From assembly GCA_964450095.1 (NCBI GenBank), contig CAYVGD010000001.1, positions 1 to 33,226 of the forward strand: 33,226 nt of DNA. Direction: 5' to 3'. The stretch's first letter is position 1. Every line of letters begins with the position of its first letter. Shown here one piece after another: positions 15,623 to 23,268 of the stretch. The notes under the pieces are model-generated. The model saw only the letters and a list, made by a program, of their open reading frames with translations, searched no databases and had not been told where the DNA came from. A program made the position numbers and the translations under genes. The stretch comes from an uncultured Polaromonas sp. (GTDB lineage: Bacteria > Pseudomonadota > Gammaproteobacteria > Burkholderiales > Burkholderiaceae_C).

Positions 15623-16125
15623 CCTCCGCACCCTACTTTCTGGCAGTGCTCGAGCACGCCCCATATGAACCAGCCACAGGTGCCCAGCACCACGACCAGC
15701 ACCACGATGCCGAGCACGATGGTCATGGCCTCTTCGTCCTGGCGCTTTTTGCGAGCCGCGGCCTCTTTCTTGCGCCGGGCGGCATGGGCCTGCTCGCGCT
15801 CGATGTTGGCCTGGCGGTCCTTGATGCGCTGCCACACATCCATCTTGTTGGCGCTGAAGAACAGGCCTTGAATCTGGCGCTCAAACTCCGCGGCCTGCTC
15901 AAGGGCCAGCTCCAGCTCGAGCGCCTGGCCCAGCGCGCTGCCCTCAAAATCGCCCTTGCGGCTGGCCTCCACGACTTCCACGGCCTTGGCCTTGGCGTCA
16001 AAGTATTTGCCCAGCATGGGGCCGAGGCTTGCCACGTCATCAGCCACGGCCGCAGCTTGCTTGACCAGGCCGATGGCAGACTGGACTGCAGCAAGCGCGG
16101 CGCCGATGCTGATGGGGTCAATCAC
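15619..16125 (-). CDS. Coiled-coil membrane protein with C-terminal TM helix
   Basis: 168 aa with a basic stretch, then IVLGIVVLVVVLGTCGWFIWGVL and a CQKVGC tail. Confidence 0.7.
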   Translation of the reverse strand: MIDPISIGAALAAVQSAIGLVKQAAAVADDVASLGPMLGKYFDAKAKAVEVVEASRKGDFEGSALGQALELELALEQAAEFERQIQGLFFSANKMDVWQRIKDRQANIEREQAHAARRKKEAAARKKRQDEEAMTIVLGIVVLVVVLGTCGWFIWGVLEHCQKVGCGG

Positions 16126-16126
16126 G

Positions 16127-16360
16127 TCAATGGCCTCTCATGTTCTGCCACGCCACGCCGATGGCGGCGATGAGCGCGCCGATGAAAAGCAGCGGCTTGG
16201 CCAGCTTGGCGATGAACTCCAGCACGGTGAATGCACCCTGCGCGGCGTTGAAAGCCTGGACCACATTGGCCGTGTCGGCCTTCAGGCCATCGACCTTGTG
16301 CTCCAAGCTCACCACGCGCTCGTAGATTTCGCGGTGGCTGATTTCGTGCTGGTTGTCCAT
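16127..16360 (-). CDS. Small coiled-coil + TM protein (holin/antiholin-like)
   Basis: 77 aa with GGAG SD and a C-terminal TM segment. Confidence 0.6.
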   Translation of the reverse strand: MDNQHEISHREIYERVVSLEHKVDGLKADTANVVQAFNAAQGAFTVLEFIAKLAKPLLFIGALIAAIGVAWQNMRGH

Positions 16361-16371
16361 GCGGCGCTCCG

Positions 16372-16542
16372 TCAGTCAGCAGGCTGCGCGTCAGCCGGCA
16401 GCGGCTCGTTACCCTCTTCCAGCCACTTCAGATACGCTTGGTAGTCCGTGTTCGCGGGGTCGAAGGGAATGAAGGCGTTGTCTGCGAGACGCTTGATGCA
16501 CTGCGCTGCGCCCATGATCGTGTCGGGAAGAAGTTGGTACAT
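16372..16542 (-). CDS. Small tail-fibre-associated protein (56 aa, absent from ORF track)
   Basis: MYQLLPDTIMGAAQCIKRLADNAFIPFDPANTDYQAYLKWLEEGNEPLPADAQPAD. The IPxDPxNxDYQxYLxW motif is common downstream of fibre genes. Confidence 0.8.
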   Translation of the reverse strand: MYQLLPDTIMGAAQCIKRLADNAFIPFDPANTDYQAYLKWLEEGNEPLPADAQPAD

Positions 16543-16545
16543 AGC

Positions 16546-17556
16546 TTAAAGCTCCGAAGATGCCGTGTAATGCCACTGAGTGAGCGCGGGCCCAGCACTG
16601 AACGACCCACCAAAATCCACTGCAATGCTTTGCGGCCCTGTGCCTGGATGAACTGACCCAGCAACACTCGTCCACCCAGAATTTTGGAAAAATGAGAGTC
16701 TTCCAGACGTAGTGACGCCAGATACAGCGCTGGGCAAAATAGTCACTGTGGGGGTAGAACGCATAACTACCGGCAACCGCGCAGTGCTGGACACGCCGTT
16801 GGTTGTTGAATAGCACCAAGCGGGGAAGTAGTTGTAACCAGGCTCCGTGGTGGTGAGCGCAGACGCTGCAACCGTGGGGTTGGATTGCTGGTAATACCGC
16901 TGACACCTCATCAGGCTCGTCCCGTAATCCACGCGCTCAAAAGGAGTCGCCACGGAGCCAGCTTCAAGCTGGACGCCGGTGATGGTGACTGTTTGCCCAG
17001 AGCCGACTGCGCCAAACTCGAAGCCAAGCTGCAATCCGTTGGCAGTTTGTGAAGGCAGCGAGTTGAAGGTGACCGTGTACTGTGCAAGGGTGGAGCCAAT
17101 CGTTACCGCCTGTGTGGCGATGCTGGTCGAACCTGCGTTATGGCCATCAACGGTGTTCGCATAGGAAAGACGAACGGTCACGGATGTGCCACTGCTTCGC
17201 GCAGCCAAGAATGAAACCGTGACGCTGCCGCCAACAAGGTCTGCGGAGTTAAACGATTCAATCCGCTGACCGACTTCAACGTATGTGTTGGATGCTGCGC
17301 CAGTAACTCGGAGCGCGAACGGAAAGTCAGTGCGCCCGGAGGACACACGTTGTGCCGTACACGCCGCCCCAAGAACAAAGCTGTATACGCGGTCAACCGC
17401 GAATACAACCGAATTAGTGTTTACCGTCACACTCGCCCCGTTATTCCTGGCATCTATCCGACAGTCACCGTTGATGATGCGATTTCTGAACATCAGCGGC
17501 CGGCCGTCGTAGGCCGTGGCCAGCTCCGCGAGTTCTCGTGCGCGTCCCATGCTCAA
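16546..17556 (-). CDS. Secondary receptor-binding/tail fibre protein with carbohydrate-binding-like domain
   Basis: Motifs FRNRIINGD, ITGVQLEAGSVATPFE and RCQRYY; lower-GC codon usage. Confidence 0.75.
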   Translation of the reverse strand: MSMGRARELAELATAYDGRPLMFRNRIINGDCRIDARNNGASVTVNTNSVVFAVDRVYSFVLGAACTAQRVSSGRTDFPFALRVTGAASNTYVEVGQRIESFNSADLVGGSVTVSFLAARSSGTSVTVRLSYANTVDGHNAGSTSIATQAVTIGSTLAQYTVTFNSLPSQTANGLQLGFEFGAVGSGQTVTITGVQLEAGSVATPFERVDYGTSLMRCQRYYQQSNPTVAASALTTTEPGYNYFPAWCYSTTNGVSSTARLPVVMRSTPTVTILPSAVSGVTTSGRLSFFQNSGWTSVAGSVHPGTGPQSIAVDFGGSFSAGPALTQWHYTASSEL

Positions 17557-17753
17557 GCCTCCTGCTGGCCAGCGGCCAAAGTTCTGATTTCATCGCGCCA
17601 GGCTTGGCGCTGTGCGGCGATGCCCTCGGCGGGCTTGTCGTAGTCGGGCAGCACCTTGTAGTCGCTGTCGGCCAGGAGCTGCTTTAGCTCCGCGATGCGC
17701 GCCTCGTTGGCCTTTGCTTGCAGCTTGGCCTGGTCAACCTTCACGATGCTCAT
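17553..17753 (-). CDS. Tail fibre assembly chaperone-like protein
   Basis: LLADSDYKVLPDY...RQAWRD motif; lies downstream of the fibre gene. Confidence 0.65.
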   Translation of the reverse strand: MSIVKVDQAKLQAKANEARIAELKQLLADSDYKVLPDYDKPAEGIAAQRQAWRDEIRTLAAGQQEA

Positions 17754-17998
17754 TCGGTGTCCTCCTGCGGAAACTCGCTGCTCTCGCCGCCGATGCCATC
17801 AGTCAGGTCGGCTTCGTCCACAACCCAGGTTTCCTGCGGCGTGTTGGGCAGGTCGGCAGCGTTGATGATCTTGAAGCGCTTGCCGTGCGGCACGTCCTTG
17901 ATGGCGATGGCCAGGATGCCGTGAGCATCCAGCGCTTCCTGCGTGGGCATGACTACCGCGGGCACGCCGTCGTCCTGGTTGTAGATGATTACTTGCAT
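17750..17998 (-). CDS. Tail-fibre-associated protein
   Basis: 82 aa from ATG at 17998 (GGGGA SD), with 'IAIKDVPHGKRFKII..ADLP'; directly follows the fibre gene. Confidence 0.65.
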   Translation of the reverse strand: MQVIIYNQDDGVPAVVMPTQEALDAHGILAIAIKDVPHGKRFKIINAADLPNTPQETWVVDEADLTDGIGGESSEFPQEDTE

Positions 17999-18009
17999 GG
18001 CGTCCCCAT

Positions 18010-20115
18010 TCAGCAAAAAACCGAAACCCCAATGTCAGGCGCGTCGTAGGGGTTCTGCGACGCGCCACCGTTAATGAGAGAAGTAGTAATGTCTAGGCTG
18101 GTTGTAGACTTTGCGTCGGCTTGCCACCGCGATACGAGCGACGGGTAGGTAACGCCAGAGACATCGCATGCGTATCCGGCGAAGGTGTACTCCGAATAGG
18201 GCATAGCATTGGCAAAGCTCAACCGATACACACCCGTTCTAAGGCGCGTAACTGAGCTGACATTCATGCTCCGCTTTACCGACACTGTGCCGGAGCCGTT
18301 GAAGTTGACCCAAGCGCGAGCACCAGCATGAGGTAGACAGGTGTTCGTGTTCGCCGGGTTCGTCCAAAGACCCTCTATGCCAACCAAAAAACGTGTCTGG
18401 GTGCGAGCGCGGTCATAGATCGCAAAATTTTCGGAGCTCACACCTGAACACGACAAACCCCAGATGCCGCCTCGACTAGTTTGTCGAATGCGAATTTGAT
18501 CGCCATCGGTGTTGTCAAAAACGTCGATGCGAGCTGCCGGCTGGTTTGATCCGAACCCAAAAAAGCCATTGAGGTCTTTAAAGAGATGCCCAGGGCCGAT
18601 GTTGATGGCGCCCCAGCCGCCCGTCAGCCCGCCGGTGTAGGTTAGGTCGGGCACCGTCAGCGGCCCGCTCATCGTGTCGCCGCTCTTGGCAACGGCGGTG
18701 GCCACCGAGAACGTGCCGAAGGCCACGATGTGCAGCTCGTCGCCGGCAGCAGCACCTGCGGCCAGCACCAGGGACGTGCCGCTGGTGGCCGTGAAGTCGG
18801 TCTGATCCAGGCGCACGCCGTTCAGGTACACGTCCAGGAAGCCCGCGTCATAGGCCAGCGTGGCCGCGTTGCTGTCCACGCCAGTGAAGGTCGTCTGGTT
18901 CTGCGTGGCAATGTAGCGAAAGCGCCGGCTGGTGCCGTTGACCGACGATCCGGCGTTCGTCCAGCCGCTGGCGGTGCGCACCTGCATCGAGCTGGTGGTG
19001 CTGTTGAAGTACAGGTCGCCCACCTGCAGCGCGCTGCCGTCGTAGCGGGTCGTGGGGGCCGTATCGCTCGCGCCCTGGTACTGCTTCCTGAAGCTGTCCA
19101 GGCTGGTCGCGGAGCTGGTCGCGCTGTTGGCGCTGTTGGTGGCCGAAGTCGCGGCCTGGCTGGCGCTGGTCGCGGCGGCCGTGGCGCTGTTGGCGGCTGC
19201 GGCCTGCGAGCTGGCGGCGGCCGTTTGCGAGGCGGCGGCGGCATCGCGCGCGGCCTCCGAGGCCAGGCGCGAGGTTTGGCTGGCTGCGGCGCTGCTCGCG
19301 CTGGCCGTGGCGCTGTTGGCGCTCTGGGTGGCGCTGGTTGCGGCGGCCGTCGCGCTGGTGCCGGCGCTCGATGCGGAGCTGGAGGCGGCCGACTGGCTGG
19401 CTGCGGCGGCGCTGGCGCTCGAGGCGGCAGCGGTCTGACTGTTCTGGGCCTGGGTGCGCGCGGTCTGCGCATCATCGCGGGCGCTTTCTGCGGCCACGCG
19501 GGAGGCTTGCGAGCCCGCGGCGCTCGAGGCGCTGGCTGTAGCCGATGCTGCGCTGTTGCTGGCCTGGGTCGTGGCAATGCCGGCCTGGGTCGTCGCGGTT
19601 GCTGCGCTGTTGCTCGCGCTGGTAGCGCTGGCTGCAGCGGCCGACTGCGAGCTGGCGCTGGCCGTCTGCGAGGCGGCGGCAGCAGCCTGGCTGGCGGCGG
19701 CTGCGCTTTGCGAATTGGCTGCAGCCTGGGCCGAGGCGCTGGCTGCATTGGCGTTGCTGATGGCGCTGTCGCGCGCGGTTTCGGTAGCCTGGCGCGCAGC
19801 CACGGCCTGGTCGCGGGCGGTGTTGGCCGTGGTGGCCGAGGTCAGGGCCGACGTGGCCGAGGCCTGCGCGTCCTGCACGGCCTCGTTCACCTCCACCAGC
19901 ACGGCATTGAAGGCCGAGGGTGCCAGCGCATCAGCGGTGACGATGCCGTTCTTCAGGGCACCGTCATCGCGCTGAATCTGCTTGAGGTTGTCGCGGAGCT
20001 GGTTGATGGACAGCGCAGCCGCATCGAACTCCTGGTTCAGGCCGGCGTGGTTGGTGTCGTCGCCATCGCGCTCGGTGAAGTCGGTGTCGCGGTTGTAGGA
20101 CTGCGGCTGCGCCAT
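18010..20115 (-). CDS. Long tail fibre
   Basis: 701 aa: N-terminal anchor, Ala/Ser/Thr-rich coiled-coil shaft, 'DVYLNGVRL' module and lower-GC tip 'ARAWVNFNG...NVSSV'. Confidence 0.85.
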   Translation of the reverse strand: MAQPQSYNRDTDFTERDGDDTNHAGLNQEFDAAALSINQLRDNLKQIQRDDGALKNGIVTADALAPSAFNAVLVEVNEAVQDAQASATSALTSATTANTARDQAVAARQATETARDSAISNANAASASAQAAANSQSAAAASQAAAAASQTASASSQSAAAASATSASNSAATATTQAGIATTQASNSAASATASASSAAGSQASRVAAESARDDAQTARTQAQNSQTAAASSASAAAASQSAASSSASSAGTSATAAATSATQSANSATASASSAAASQTSRLASEAARDAAAASQTAAASSQAAAANSATAAATSASQAATSATNSANSATSSATSLDSFRKQYQGASDTAPTTRYDGSALQVGDLYFNSTTSSMQVRTASGWTNAGSSVNGTSRRFRYIATQNQTTFTGVDSNAATLAYDAGFLDVYLNGVRLDQTDFTATSGTSLVLAAGAAAGDELHIVAFGTFSVATAVAKSGDTMSGPLTVPDLTYTGGLTGGWGAINIGPGHLFKDLNGFFGFGSNQPAARIDVFDNTDGDQIRIRQTSRGGIWGLSCSGVSSENFAIYDRARTQTRFLVGIEGLWTNPANTNTCLPHAGARAWVNFNGSGTVSVKRSMNVSSVTRLRTGVYRLSFANAMPYSEYTFAGYACDVSGVTYPSLVSRWQADAKSTTSLDITTSLINGGASQNPYDAPDIGVSVFC

Positions 20116-20126
20116 CGTGGGGCTCC

Positions 20127-20477
20127 TTACTCTGCGGGGGTGTCGTCGGCCTGGTCGTCAGCGGCAGCAGCCTTGCGGCCCTTGCCTGCGGCCTTGCCCT
20201 TGATGGCGGCCTTCTCAACCAGCTCGGCCAGGCGCGAGCCGTCGTCGTCGCCATAGACCTTGGCGATCTTGGCCGGGCCGTACTTGGCGCTCAGGCGCTC
20301 CTGCTCGCCGGCCGGGTCCAGGTCCACGGTGGCAACTTCCTTGGGCTCGCTGATGTTTTCCTTGCCGAACATTTGACGCAGCAGCGTCAGCTCATGCGGC
20401 GGCACGGTCACAGGGGTGATGGTGTTGGCATCGCGGCGGATGGTGACTTCAACCAGGGGGACAGTGATGGTGGACAT
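20127..20477 (-). CDS. Hypothetical head-associated protein
   Basis: 116 aa with AAGGT SD and GC3-biased codons; follows the capsid gene. Confidence 0.65.
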   Translation of the reverse strand: MSTITVPLVEVTIRRDANTITPVTVPPHELTLLRQMFGKENISEPKEVATVDLDPAGEQERLSAKYGPAKIAKVYGDDDGSRLAELVEKAAIKGKAAGKGRKAAAADDQADDTPAE

Positions 20478-20496
20478 GGGTTACCTTGAGTGACGT

Positions 20497-20540
20497 TGAA
20501 ACAAAGCCCCAGCTCGGGCGCAAACCTGAGCTGGGGCTTC
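20497..20540 (-). terminator. Rho-independent terminator after the capsid gene
   Basis: AAGCCCCAGCTC..GAGCTGGGGCTT stem followed by TGTTTC on the minus strand. Confidence 0.8.
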
Positions 20541-20550
20541 CATGCCTGAC

Positions 20551-21597
20551 TTAGGCGATGGCCAGGACAGCCTGGGCGTTACGACGGCTGGTGGACAGCG
20601 CCAGGCGCAGGTTCACCATCGCGTACATGGCCAGCGTGTCGTGCGGGCGCACGGGGGTCACGATGTCCATGTCGTCGTCGCGGTACTTCATGTACTTGGT
20701 GTTGATGAAGTAGCAGCGCTTTTCCCACTGCACGGTCGGGGTCAGCAGAGCATCCAGTTCCTCGAACTGAGGGTCCCAGATGATTTCCACGCCCTTGAAG
20801 TACAGGCCGGTGTTGACGCCAGAGCCCACGCCTGCGTCGAGCGTTTTCACGCTGCCGGCATTGGCGTTCTGGGTGACGGTGATTTCCTTGCGGTAGGCGT
20901 CGATGAACTTGCCGCCAGCCAGGATGAAGTCCGGCGAGCCGCCGTTCTTGATCGCTTTGCGCCATGCGGTTTCCATCTCCGTGGCCAGGGTGCCCACGGT
21001 GCCGGTGGCAATGCCGGTCTTGGCGTAGTTGCGCCAGTAGGTGGCAGAGGCCGCATCGAGGCCGCCGATCACGCCGGTCGTGGGGGCGGTGGACACCAGG
21101 GCGTCCAGGCCGGCCACGGCGTCCGTGTCGTGCGTGCCGTCGCGGTGCAGCTCCAGGTCCAGCTTCTGCATGAAGCCTTCCTTGAGCGATTCCATCTGCT
21201 CGTCCAGCAGGTTCAGGAGCTGGACCTTCTCATTTTGCTCCAGCTTGAACTCGCCACGGCCGCCTTCGCGCACCTTGATGCCGTTGCCGAACAGGCGGTC
21301 ATAGTCGAGGTACAGGCCGTCCACGGCACGACGCCACGGGAACGCGGCCTGCTCGGTGGTGTTGCGCTTGTTGAAGCTGACTGCTTCCTCGCCGTAGGCC
21401 CAATTGAAGTTGGAGCCGTAGGACTTGCGGATGTTTTCGACCACGTTCTGCTTGGCACCCAGGAAGGTCTTGCGACCGGCCATGAGCTTCTTCAGAAGGG
21501 GGCGCTCCGTGGCGATCTGGTCCACGGGCAGGTTGCGCAGGTACTCGTCAAGGGACACCTTGGCGAGTTCTTGCAGGTCGGTATTGGAAATGGGCAT
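20551..21597 (-). CDS. Major capsid protein
   Basis: 348 aa with strongly biased codons and GGAG SD. It follows portal and scaffold and is followed by a terminator. Confidence 0.85.
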   Translation of the reverse strand: MPISNTDLQELAKVSLDEYLRNLPVDQIATERPLLKKLMAGRKTFLGAKQNVVENIRKSYGSNFNWAYGEEAVSFNKRNTTEQAAFPWRRAVDGLYLDYDRLFGNGIKVREGGRGEFKLEQNEKVQLLNLLDEQMESLKEGFMQKLDLELHRDGTHDTDAVAGLDALVSTAPTTGVIGGLDAASATYWRNYAKTGIATGTVGTLATEMETAWRKAIKNGGSPDFILAGGKFIDAYRKEITVTQNANAGSVKTLDAGVGSGVNTGLYFKGVEIIWDPQFEELDALLTPTVQWEKRCYFINTKYMKYRDDDMDIVTPVRPHDTLAMYAMVNLRLALSTSRRNAQAVLAIA

Positions 21598-21860
21598 TGC
21601 TGCACTCCGAAATGAAAGGTTGTTGAACTACCTTCCACGCCGTCCTGGCACGCAAATCCAGGTGTTCAGCAGCTCCAGGTTCCCGGCGCGACTCGGGGTA
21701 CGGCATGTGCCTGGTGCGCTGTGCGCTAAGGGACGCGACCCCCTCGGTGCAGCGACAAATTCGGGCGTGTACCGCATCCGGGTACTGGCTGCTCTGGTGC
21801 GGGTGGCGAGGCCCGCTTACGCTCATTTCCAGACAGTCAGCACGGGGATGCGGAACTGGC
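21598..21860 (-). ncRNA. Highly structured ~260-nt capsid leader RNA (candidate cis-regulatory or ncRNA motif)
   Basis: Long helix 21772-21853, multibranch domain 21636-21769 and SD-proximal hairpin 21614-21636. Four loops contain U(C/U)GC. Confidence 0.65.
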
Positions 21861-21866
21861 AAGGGG

Positions 21867-21903
21867 ATTATTCGGCCCCGTCAAGCCCCCAGCGGATTTT
21901 TGT
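21867..21903 (-). promoter_or_regulatory. Putative late promoter driving the capsid leader
   Basis: Minus strand reads ACAAAAATCCG-N16-GCCGAATAAT. Confidence 0.65.
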
Positions 21904-22108
21904 TCTCCACGCGGTGCTTGCAGCCTGCGCAGCCTGCGTCGGCCTGGCCCAGGTCGGTGTGCGTGTACTGGCACTCCTGGGCCATGCGGTGCGCGATGGC
22001 CACCAGGCGCGGCGTGCGCGTGGTGCCATCGAGATACCAGCCGTCCTGCGCAGGCATCACCGTGCGAAACGGCGGCCGGTTGAAGCAGCCATTGCGGCGC
22101 TGGCTCAC
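21881..22108 (-). CDS. Small Cys-rich hypothetical protein (75 aa)
   Basis: GTG start overlaps the scaffold stop (GTGA); contains GCFNR...CQY...CAGCKH. Confidence 0.6.
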   Translation of the reverse strand: MSQRRNGCFNRPPFRTVMPAQDGWYLDGTTRTPRLVAIAHRMAQECQYTHTDLGQADAGCAGCKHRVENKNPLGA

Positions 22109-23241
22109 AGGCCCATGCTCTCCATGCGCTGGGCGATGCGGTCGATGGGCGAGGCGGCGCTCGGTGCGGGCGTGCCCAGTGCGGCCGGCCTCGAGCGGAT
22201 CGGCTGCGGGCCAGGCGCTGCAGCTTGCGCCGGCACCTTGATGCTGTCGTACATCATCTTGATGGTGGCGGCCCACTGCTGCGGCTGGTAGGTGGACACG
22301 AACTGCTGCAGGTTGCCCGGGTTCTTGAAATGCTCAGTGATGACGCGCATGCGCGCCTGGTGGTCCACCTCGTTGGCCCGCGTGGACAGGTAAGCCTCCA
22401 TCGCCTGGGCGGCCTGGGTCACGGTCTGCTCGTAGGCCTGGCGCTCCTGCTGCTGCTGGACCTGCACCTGCTGGCGCTGCTGGACCTCCGCCTGCTGCTT
22501 GCGGTACTTGGCCAGCTCCACGGCGCGCTCGCGCGTGATTTCCAGGTTGTCCACGGCCTCGCGCAGGTCGTCATGCCCGGCCAGCAGGTCCACGCCCGGC
22601 GCCTCCACGCCCAGCTTTTGGTACAGCATGGCGCGCTGGCTCTCGATCATCTCCAGCGCCACGCGCAGGTTCTTCTCGTCGCCGCTGTTGACCAGGCGGC
22701 CAAACTCCAGCGTCTGCGCAAAGTCCTGCGCGCTCATGCCGGTGGACTTCACCAGCTCGCGGAACTCCACCACGTCCTGCTCGAGCTGCTTGCGCTCGGC
22801 AAACACCTGGCGGATGCGCTCGCGGCCGCGCTCGGACTTCACGCCCGCCAGCAGCTCGGCCTCTTCCTGGTCGGCGCTCTTGGGCTCGTCGGGCTTGGCC
22901 GCGGCCTGGGGCTCGGGCTCGGCCGGCTGCTCCGCGGGCTTGGCTGCGGGCTTGGCGTTGGGGTCGTCCGTCAGCTCATCGAGCATGGCCGCCATGCGCG
23001 CGCCAGGCTTGGGCGCCTCCGCGGGCGGCTCGTCTGCAGGCGCGGCCGCCTCGTCGGCGCTGGCCTGGTCCTCGAACTGGGGCTCGGCATCTGCGGCCGG
23101 CTCAGGCGCGGGCTCGCTTGGCGCCGCTTCGCTTCCCACGGCGTCGATGGCTGCGGCCAGGGCGCCGCCTCCGCTGCTGGCCTGGTCCTCGCCGGCAGGC
23201 GCGTGCAGTCGCCCAAGCAGGCGTTGCTTCCATAGTGGCAT
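22105..23241 (-). CDS. Capsid scaffolding protein
   Basis: Acidic Pro/Ala-rich N-terminus and coiled coils; lies between portal and capsid. Confidence 0.75.
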   Translation of the reverse strand: MPLWKQRLLGRLHAPAGEDQASSGGGALAAAIDAVGSEAAPSEPAPEPAADAEPQFEDQASADEAAAPADEPPAEAPKPGARMAAMLDELTDDPNAKPAAKPAEQPAEPEPQAAAKPDEPKSADQEEAELLAGVKSERGRERIRQVFAERKQLEQDVVEFRELVKSTGMSAQDFAQTLEFGRLVNSGDEKNLRVALEMIESQRAMLYQKLGVEAPGVDLLAGHDDLREAVDNLEITRERAVELAKYRKQQAEVQQRQQVQVQQQQERQAYEQTVTQAAQAMEAYLSTRANEVDHQARMRVITEHFKNPGNLQQFVSTYQPQQWAATIKMMYDSIKVPAQAAAPGPQPIRSRPAALGTPAPSAASPIDRIAQRMESMGL

Positions 23242-23268
23242 GTGAACTTCCTTGTGGTGGTTGACGAA

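Noticed and set aside
16546-18600. Diversity-generating retroelement or invertible shufflon acting on fibre tips
   Set aside because: No reverse transcriptase, no TR/VR pair differing at adenines, and no invertase or inverted crossover repeats seen in the window.
19100-19880. Repeat-like GCTGGC/GGCGGC tracts as CRISPR or tandem array
   Set aside because: Explained by the Ala/Ser/Thr-rich fibre shaft codons; there is no constant repeat-spacer periodicity.
21548-21862. 104-aa ORF across the capsid leader
   Set aside because: No SD, overlaps the capsid start out of frame and has atypical composition; the region is better explained by RNA structure.
21867-21903. Sigma28 (FliA) promoter reading of GCCGAATAA
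   Set aside because: No TAAA box at the expected distance, and the other copies diverge from GCCGATAA while keeping AANAAT.
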